Source: Eledone cirrhosa (Eukaryota). Taken from it: a stretch of 64,000 nucleotides of DNA. Positions 55,229 through 64,000 of the stretch are shown piece by piece. Under the pieces are notes generated by a model, which was given only the letters and a program-made list of their open reading frames with translations, had not been told where the DNA came from and did not search any database. The translations under genes and the position numbers were made by a program. Positions within the stretch are counted from its first letter, which is position 1. Every line of letters starts with the position of its first letter. The stretch spans positions 255,936,001 through 256,000,000 of the forward strand of contig OZ024741.1 in NCBI GenBank assembly GCA_964016885.1. Direction: 5' to 3'.

Positions 55229-56908
55229 TTTACGAGTGTTTCGACTTACGAGTGTTTCGACATACGAGTGTTTCGACTTACGAATGTTTTTGCTTACGGG
55301 TGTTTCGACTTACGAATGTTTTTGCTTACGAGTGTTTCGGTTTACGAGTGTTCCGACTTACGAGTGTTCCGACTTACGAGTGTTTCGGCTTACGTGTGTT
55401 TCCGGCTTACGAGTGTTTCAACTTACGAGTGTTCTGAATTACGAGTGTTCTGATTTACGGATGTTTCGACACACGAGTGTTTCCAATTACGAGTGTTTCG
55501 ACTTACGAGTGTTTTGACTTACGGGTGTTTTGACATACGAGTGTTTCGATACGAGTGTTTCGACTTATGAGTGTTTCGACTTACGAGTGTTCTGACTTAC
55601 GAGTGTTCTGACTTACGAGTGTTCTGATTTACGGATGTTTCGACACACGAGTGTTTCGATACGAGTGTTTCGACTTACGAGTGTTTCGACTTATGAGTGT
55701 TTCGACTTACGAGTGTTCTGACTTATGAGTGTTCTGACTTGCGAGTGTTCCGACTTACGAGTGTTTCGGTTTACGAGTGTTTCGACATACGAGTGTTTTG
55801 ACTTACGGGTGTTTCGACTTACGGGTGTTTCGACTTACGAGTGTTTTGGCTTACGAGTGTTTCGACTTACTAATGTTTTTACTTACGAGTGTTTCGGTGT
55901 ACGAATGTTTTGACTTAAGGATATTTCGACTTACGAGTGTTTCGACTTACGAGTGTTTCGGCTTACGTGAGTTTCGACTTAAGATTGTTCTGATTTACGA
56001 GTGTTCTGACTTACGAGTGTTTCGGCTTATGAGTGTTTCGACTTACGAGTGTTTCGGCTTACGAGTGTTTCGACTTATGGGTGTTTCGACTTACGAGTGT
56101 TTTTACTTACGGTGTTTCGGCTTACGAGTGTTTCGACATACGAGTGTTTTGACTTACGGGTGTTTCGGCTTACGAGTGTTTCGACTTACGAGTGTTTTGA
56201 CTTACGGGTGTTTCGACTGACGAGTATTTTTGGCTTACGAGTGTTTCGACTTACGATTGTTTTGACTTACGAGTGTTCTGATTTACGGATGTTTCGACAT
56301 ACGAGTGTTTCGACTTACGAGTGTTTCGACTTACGTGTGTTTCCGGCTTACGAGTGTTTCAACTTACGAGTGTTCTGACTTACGAGTGTTCTGATTTACG
56401 GATGTTTCGACACACGAGTGTTTCGAATTACGAGTGTTTCGACTTACGAGTGTTTTGACTTACGGGTGTTTTGACATACGAGTGTTTCGATACGAGTGTT
56501 TCGACTTACGAGTGTTCTGACTTACGAGTGTTCTGTCTTACGAGTGTTCTGACTTACGAGTGTTCTTACTTACGAGTGTTCCGACTTACGAGTGTTCCGA
56601 CTTACGAGTGTTTCGGCTTACGAGTGTTTCGGCTTACGAGTGTTTCGACTTACGAATGTTTCGACTTACGAGTGTTCCGACTTACGGGTGTTTCGACTTA
56701 CGAGTGTTTTGGCTTACGGTGTTTCGGCTTACGAGTGTTTCGAGTTACGAGTGTTTTGACTTACACGTGTTTTGACATACGAGTGTTTCGATACGAGTGT
56801 TCTGACTTACGAGTGTTCTGACTTACGAGTGTTCTGACTTACGAGTGTTCCGACTTTACGAGTGTTTCGGCTCACGAGTGTTTCGGCTTACGAGTGTTTC
56901 GACTTACG

Positions 56909-56985
56909 AAAATAACGAATAGACGCGGTTTCAAATCTCTATGCTTTTCAAATTCATTACATTAATCTTTATTTATACGTTTCGC
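56909..56985. repeat. 77-bp AT-rich interspersed element, copy 15
   Basis: One substitution (AAAATAACGAAT); internal ATG at 56941. Confidence 0.95.
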
Positions 56986-58329
56986 TTTACGAGTGTTTCG
57001 ACTTACGAGTGTTTCGACATACGAGTGTTTCGGCTTACGAGTGTTTTGATTTACGAGTGTTTTGACTTACGGGTGCTTCGACTTACGCGTGTTTCGACTT
57101 ACGAGTGTTTCGACTTACGAGTGTTTCGACTTACGAGTGTTTCGGCTTACGAGTGTTTTGACTTACGAATGTTTTGACTTACGATTGTTTCGGCTTACGA
57201 GTGTTTCGACTTACGAGTGTTCTGACTACGAGTGTTCTGACTTACGGGTGTTCTGACTTACGAGTGTTCCGACTTACGAGTGTTTCGGCTTATGAGTGTT
57301 TCGACTTACGAGTGCTTCGACTTACGAGTGTTTCGGCTTACGGGTGTTTCGACTTACGAATGTTTTTGCTTACGAGTGTTTCGGCTTACGAGTGTTTCGG
57401 CTTATGAGTGTTTCGACTTACGAGTGTTTTGACTTACGGGTGTTTTGACATACGAGTGTTTCGATACGATTGTTCTGACTTACGAGTGTTTCCGCTTACG
57501 AGTGTTTCGGCTTACGAGTGTTTCGACTTACTAATGTTTTGGCTTACGAATGTTTTGACTTACGGGTGTTTCGACTTACGAGTGTTTCGGCTTATGAGTG
57601 TTTCGACTTACGGGCGTTTCGACTTACGGGTGTTTCGACTTACGAGTGTTTTGGCTTACGAATGTTTTGACTTACGGGTGTTTCGACTTACGAGTGTTTC
57701 GACTTATGAGTGTTTGGACTTACGAGTGTTTCGGCTTATGAGTGTTTCGACTTACGAGTGCTTCGACTTATGAGTATTTCGGCTTACGAGTGTTTCGACG
57801 TACGAATGTTTTGGCTTACGAGTGTTTCGGCTTATGAGTGTTTCGGCTTACGAGTGTTTCGACTTACGAGTGTTTCGGCTTACGAGTGTTTCAGTGTTTC
57901 GGCTTACGTGTGTTTCGACTTACGAGTGTTTCGACTTACGACTGTTTCGGCTTACGAGTGTTTCGGCTTACGAGTGTTTTGGCTTACGAGTGTTTTGACT
58001 TACGATTGTTTGGCTTACGAGTGTTCTGACTTACGGGTGTTCTGACTTACGAGTGTTCCGACTTACGAGTGTTTCGGCTTATGAGGGTTTCGACTTACGA
58101 GTGCTTCGGCTTACGAGTGTTTCGACTTACGAGTGTTTCGGCTTACGAGTGTTTCGACTTACGAGTGTTTTGACTTACGGTGTTTCGGCTTACGAGTGTT
58201 TCGACATACGAGTGTTTTGACGTACGGGTGTTTCGACTTACGGGTCTTTCGACTTAAGAGTTTTTCGACTTACGAGCGCTTCGACTTACGAGTGTTTCGA
58301 CTTACGAGTGTTTCGGCGTATGAGTGTTT

Positions 58330-61300
58330 TGACTTACGAGTGTTTCGACTTACGAGTGTTTCGACTTACGAGTGTTTCGAATTACGAGTGTTTCGACTTA
58401 CGAGTGTTTTGACTTACGAGTGTTTTGACTTACGGTGTTTCTGCTTACGAGTGTTTCGACTTTCGAGTGTTATGACTTACGGGTGTTTTGACATACGAGT
58501 GTTTCGACTTACGAGTCTTACGGCTTACGAGTGTTTCGACTTACTAATGTTTTTACTTACGAGTGTTTCGGCGTACGAGTGTTTCGACTTCCGAGTGTTT
58601 CGACTTACAGGTGTTTTGACTTACGGGTGTTTCGGCTTACGAGTGTTTTGACTTACGAGTGTTTTGACTTAAGGGTGTTTCGACTTACGAGTATTTTTGG
58701 CTTACGAGTGTTTCGACTTACGAGTGTTTTGACTTACGAGTGTTCTGATTTACGGATGTTTCGACATACGAGTGTTCTGACTTACGAGTGTTCCGACTTA
58801 CGAGTGTTCCGACTTACGAGTGTTTCGGCTTACGAGTGTTTCCGGCTTACGAGTGTTTCGACTTACGAGTGTTTTGACTTACGGTGTTTGGGCTTACGAG
58901 TGATTCGACTTACGAGTGTTTTGACTTACGAGTGTTTCGACTTACGAGTGTTTTGACTTACGAATGTTTTGACTTACGGGTGTTTCGGCTTACGAGTGTT
59001 TCGACTTACGAGTGTTTCGGCTTGCGAGTGTTTCGACTTACTAATGTTTTTACTTACGAGTGTTTAGGCGTACGAGTGTTTCGACTTACGAGTGTTTCGA
59101 CTTACGGGTGTTTTGACTTACGGGTGTTTCGGCTTACCAGTGTTTCGACTTACGAGTGATTTGACTTAAGGGTGTTTCGACATACGAGTGTTTCGACTTA
59201 CGAGTGTTTCGACTTACGAGTGTTTCGGATTACGAGTGTTTTGACTTCAGGGTGTTTAGACTTACGAGTGTTTCGATACGAGTGTTTCGACTTACGAGTG
59301 TTCTGACTTACGAGTATTCTGATTTACGGATGTTTCGACACACGAGTGTTTCGAATTACGAGTGTTTCGACTTACGAGTGTTTTGACTTACGGGTGTTTT
59401 GACATACGAGTGTTTCGATACGAGTGTTTCGACTTATGAGTGTTTCGACTTACGAGTGTTCTGACTTACGAGAGTTCTGACTTACGAGTGTTCTGATTTA
59501 CGGATGTTTCGACACACGAGTGTTTCGATACGAGTGTTTCGACTTACGAGTGTTTCGACTTATGAGTGTTTCGTCTTACGAGTGTTCTGACTTATGAGTG
59601 TTCTGACTTACGAGTGTTCCGACTTACGAGTGTTTCGGTTTACGAGTGTTTCGACATACGAGTGTTTTGACTTACGGGTGTTTCGACTTACGGGTGTTTC
59701 GACTTACGAGTGTTTTGGCTTACGAGTGTTTCGACTTACTAATGTTTTTACTTACGAGTGTTTCGGTGTACGAATGTTTTGACTTAAGGATATTTCGACT
59801 TACGAGTGTTTCGACTTACGAGTGTTTCGGCTTACGTGAGTTTCGACTTAAGATTGTTCTGATTTACGAGTGTTCTGACTTACGAGTGTTTCGGCTTATG
59901 AGTGTTTCGACTTACGAGTGTTTCGGCTTACGAGTGTTTCGACTTATGGGTGTTTCGACTTACGAGTGTTTTTACTTACGGTGTTTCGGCTTACGAGTGT
60001 TTCGACATACGAGTGTTTTGACTTACGGGTGTTTCGGCTTACGAGTGTTTCGACTTACGAGTGTTTTGACTTACGGGTGTTTCGACTGACGAGTATTTTT
60101 GGCTTACGAGTGTTTCGACTTACGATTGTTTTGACTTACGAGTGTTCTGATTTACGGATGTTTCGACATACGAGTGTTTCGACTTACGAGTGTTTCGACT
60201 TACGAGTGTTTTAACTTACGAATGTTTTGACTTACGGGTGTTTCGGCTTACGAGTGTTTCGACTTACGAGTCTTTCGGCTTACGAGTGTTTCGACTTACT
60301 AATGTTTTTACTTACGAGTGTTTCGGCGTACGAGTGTTTCGACTTACGAGTGTTTCGACTTACGGGTGTTTTGACTTACGGGTGTTTCGGCTTACGAGTG
60401 TTTTGACTTACGAGTGTTTTGACTTAAGGGTGTTTCGACTTACGAGTATTTTTGGCTTACGAGTGTTTCGACTTACGAGTGTTTTGACTTACGAGTGTTC
60501 TGATTTACGGATGTTTCGACATACGAGTGTTTCGACTTACGAGTGTTTCGACTTATGACTGTTTCGACTTACGAGTGTTTCGGCTTATGAGTGTTTCGAC
60601 TTACGAGTGCTTCGGCTTACGAGTGTTTCGACTTACGAGTATTTCGGCTTTCGAGTGTTTCGACGTAAGAATGTTTTGGCTTACGAGTGTTTCGGCTTAT
60701 GAGTGTTTCGGCCTACGAGTGTTTCGACTTACGAGTGTTTCGGCTTACGAGTGTTTCAGTGTTTCGGCTTACGTGTGTTTCGACTTACGAGTGTTTCGAC
60801 TTACGACTGTTTCGGCTTACGAGTGTTTCGGCTTACGAGTGTTTCGACTTACGAGTGTTTTGACTTACGAATGTTTTGACTTACGGGTGTTTCGGCTTAC
60901 GAGTGTTTCGACTTACGATTCTTTCGGCTTACGAGTGTTTCGACTTACTAATGTTTTTACTTACGAGTGTTTCGGCGTACGAGTGTTTCGACTTACGAGT
61001 GTTTCGACTTACGGGTGTTTTGACTTACGGGTGTTTCGGCTTACGAGTGTTTTGACTTACGAGTGTTTTGACTTAAGGGTGTTTCGACTTACGAGTATTT
61101 TTGGCTTACGAGTGTTTCGACTTACGAGTGTTTTGACTTACGAGTGTTCTGATTTACGGATGTTTCGACATACGAGTGTTTCGACTTACGAGTGTTTCGA
61201 CTTACTAATGTTCTTACTTACGAGTGTTTCGGTGTACGAGAGTTTTGACTTACGAGTGTTTCGACTTACGAGTGTTTCGACTTACGAGTGTTTTGACTTA

Positions 61301-64000
61301 CGAATGTTTTGACTTACGGGTGTTTCGGCTAACGAGTGTTTCGACTTACGAGTCTTTCGGCTTACGAGTGTTTCGACTTACTAATGTTTTTACTTACGAG
61401 TGTTTCGGCGTACGAGTGTTTCGACTTACGAGTGTTTCGACTTACGGGTGTTTTGACTTACGGGTGTTTCGGCTTACGAGTGTTTTGACTTACGAGTGTT
61501 TTGACTTAAGGTTGTTTCGACTGACGAGTATTTTTGGCTTACGAGTGTTTCCACTTACGAGTGTTTTGACTTACGAGTGTTCTGATTTACGGATGTTTCG
61601 ACATACGAGTGTTTCGACTTACGAGTGTTTCGACTTATGAGTGTTTCGACTTACGAGTGTTTCGGCTTATGAGTGTTTCGACTTACGAGTGCTTCGGCTT
61701 ACGAGTGTTTCGACTTACGAGTATTTCGGCTTACGAGTGTTTCGACGTACGAATGTTTTGGCTTACGAGTGTTTCGGCTTATGAGTGTTTCGGCTTACGA
61801 GTGTTTCGATTTACGAGTGTTTCGGCTTACGAGTGTTTCAGTGTTTCGGCTTACGTGTGTTTTGACTTACGATTGTTTCGACTTACGACTGTTTCGGCTT
61901 ACGAGTGTTTCGGCTTGCGAGTGTTTCGGCTTACGAGTGTTTTGACTTACGAGTGTTTTGACTTACGATTGTTTGGCTTACGAGTGTTCTGACTTACGGG
62001 TGTTCTGACTTTCGAATGTTCCGACTTACGAGTGTTTCGGCTTATGAGGGTTTCGACTTACGAGTGCTTCGGCTTACGAGTGTTTCGACTTACGAGTGTT
62101 TCGGCTTACGAGTGTTTCGACTTACGAGTGTTTCGACTTACGAGTGTTTCGAATTACGAGTGTTTCGACTTACGAGTGTTTTGACTTACGAGTGTTTTGA
62201 CTTACGGTGTTTCTGCTTACGAGTGTTTCGACTTTCGAGTGTTATGACTTACGGGTGTTTTGACATACGAGTGTTTCGACTTACGAGTCTTACGGCTTAC
62301 GAGTGTTTCGACTTACTAATGTTTTTACTTACGAGTGTTTCGGCGTACGAGTGTTTCGACTTCCGAGTGTTTCGACTTACAGGTGTTTTGACTTACGGGT
62401 GTTTCGGCTTACGAGTGTTTTGACTTACGAGTGTTTTGACTTAAGGGTGTTTCGACTTACGAGTATTTTTGGCTTACGAGTGTTTCGACTTACGAGTGTT
62501 TTGACTTACGAGTGTTCTGATTTACGGATGTTTCGACATACGAGTGTTCTGACTTACGAGTGTTCCGACTTACGAGTGTTCCGACTTACGAGTGTTTCGG
62601 CTTACGAGTGTTTCCGGCTTACGAGTGTTTCGACTTACGAGTGTTTTGACTTACGGTGTTTGGGCTTACGAGTGATTCGACTTACGAGTGTTTTGACTTA
62701 CGAGTGTTTCGACTTACGAGTGTTTTGACTTACGAATGTTTTGACTTACGGGTGTTTCGGCTTACGAGTGTTTCGACTTACGAGTGTTTCGGCTTGCGAG
62801 TGTTTCGACTTACTAATGTTTTTACTTACGAGTGTTTAGGCGTACGAGTGTTTCGACTTACGAGTGTTTCGACTTACGGGTGTTTTGACTTACGGGTGTT
62901 TCGGCTTACCAGTGTTTCGACTTACGAGTGATTTGACTTAAGGGTGTTTCGACATACGAGTGTTTCGACTTACGAGTGTTTCGACTTACGAGTGTTTCGG
63001 ATTACGAGTGTTTTGACTTCAGGGTGTTTAGACTTACGAGTGTTTCGATACGAGTGTTTCGACTTACGAGTGTTCTGACTTACGAGTATTCTGATTTACG
63101 GATGTTTCGACACACGAGTGTTTCGAATTACGAGTGTTTCGACTTACGAGTGTTTTGACTTACGGGTGTTTTGACATACGAGTGTTTCGATACGAGTGTT
63201 TCGACTTATGAGTGTTTCGACTTACGAGTGTTCTGACTTACGAGAGTTCTGACTTACGAGTGTTCTGATTTACGGATGTTTCGACACACGAGTGTTTCGA
63301 TACGAGTGTTTCGACTTACGAGTGTTTCGACTTATGAGTGTTTCGTCTTACGAGTGTTCTGACTTATGAGTGTTCTGACTTACGAGTGTTCCGACTTACG
63401 AGTGTTTCGGTTTACGAGTGTTTCGACATACGAGTGTTTTGACTTACGGGTGTTTCGACTTACGGGTGTTTCGACTTACGAGTGTTTTGGCTTACGAGTG
63501 TTTCGACTTACTAATGTTTTTACTTACGAGTGTTTCGGTGTACGAATGTTTTGACTTAAGGATATTTCGACTTACGAGTGTTTCGACTTACGAGTGTTTC
63601 GGCTTACGTGAGTTTCGACTTAAGATTGTTCTGATTTACGAGTGTTCTGACTTACGAGTGTTTCGGCTTATGAGTGTTTCGACTTACGAGTGTTTCGGCT
63701 TACGAGTGTTTCGACTTATGGGTGTTTCGACTTACGAGTGTTTTTACTTACGGTGTTTCGGCTTACGAGTGTTTCGACATACGAGTGTTTTGACTTACGG
63801 GTGTTTCGGCTTACGAGTGTTTCGACTTACGAGTGTTTTGACTTACGGGTGTTTCGACTGACGAGTATTTTTGGCTTACGAGTGTTTCGACTTACGATTG
63901 TTTTGACTTACGAGTGTTCTGATTTACGGATGTTTCGACATACGAGTGTTTCGACTTACGAGTGTTTCGACTTACGAGTGTTTTAACTTACGAATGTTTT
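58330..64000 (+). repeat. Near-perfect tandem duplication, period 3772 bp, second copy truncated by the window end
   Basis: Offsets 58531/62303, 58884/62656, 59204/62976, 59646/63418, 59918/63690. Shared rare variants include GGTGTTTGGGC, CGAGAGTTCTG and TTTCGTCTTACG. Confidence 0.9.

Larger units (their letters stand above)
1..64000 (+). repeat. Tandem satellite array, 16-bp monomer CGAGTGTTTCGACTTA, running off both window ends
   Basis: The monomer reads directly from base 1 (cgagtgtttcgactta repeated) and continues to base 64000 in one orientation. Common variants are TTTTGA, TTCTGA, TTCCGA, TTCGGC, TACGGG, TATGAG, TACGAA and GACATA, plus 14-, 15- and 17-bp indel monomers. Confidence 0.99.

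Noticed and set aside
1-64000. Hundreds of + strand ORFs encoding RVFRLTSVSTYECFDL repeats
   Set aside because: A 16-bp unit cycles through all frames every 48 bp and the consensus has no + strand stop. The minus strand has TAA in every monomer, which explains the one-sided track. ORFs overlap in all frames and end at TGA-creating variants, with no sign of frame preservation.
1-64000. CRISPR array
   Set aside because: Repeats are contiguous 16-mers with no unique spacers, the one interspersed sequence is the same each time, and there are no cas genes.
1-64000. Telomerase-made telomeric tract (long yeast-type repeat; variant ACGGATGT resembles part of Candida repeats)
   Set aside because: The consensus has no G-run, and variants are inherited in kb-scale duplicated blocks with an embedded insert, which indicates recombinational amplification rather than templated addition. 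A subtelomeric or telomerase-independent terminal location cannot be excluded.

Overview
The whole 64-kb window is one head-to-tail tandem array, with no inversion seen, of a 16-bp CpG-rich monomer: consensus CGAGTGTTTCGACTTA (44% GC; reverse complement TAAGTCGAAACACTCG), roughly 3,900-4,000 copies. Monomers carry a limited set of recurrent variants whose order is re-copied in nested blocks with periods of 222, 259, 269, 1656, 3772, 4302 and 5881 bp, plus looser 4-7.5 kb and 15-18 kb recurrences. The only non-monomer sequence is one ~77-bp AT-rich element, present 15 times, nearly invariant, always in the same orientation and monomer phase, and usually in the same upstream context. No credible gene, RNA gene or CRISPR array is present. 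The + strand ORFs are expected because three monomers (48 bp) translate stop-free as RVFRLTSVSTYECFDL. The architecture most resembles a eukaryotic satellite with irregular higher-order structure. The organism and chromosomal location cannot be determined from the sequence. Duplication boundaries were placed by eye and are approximate.
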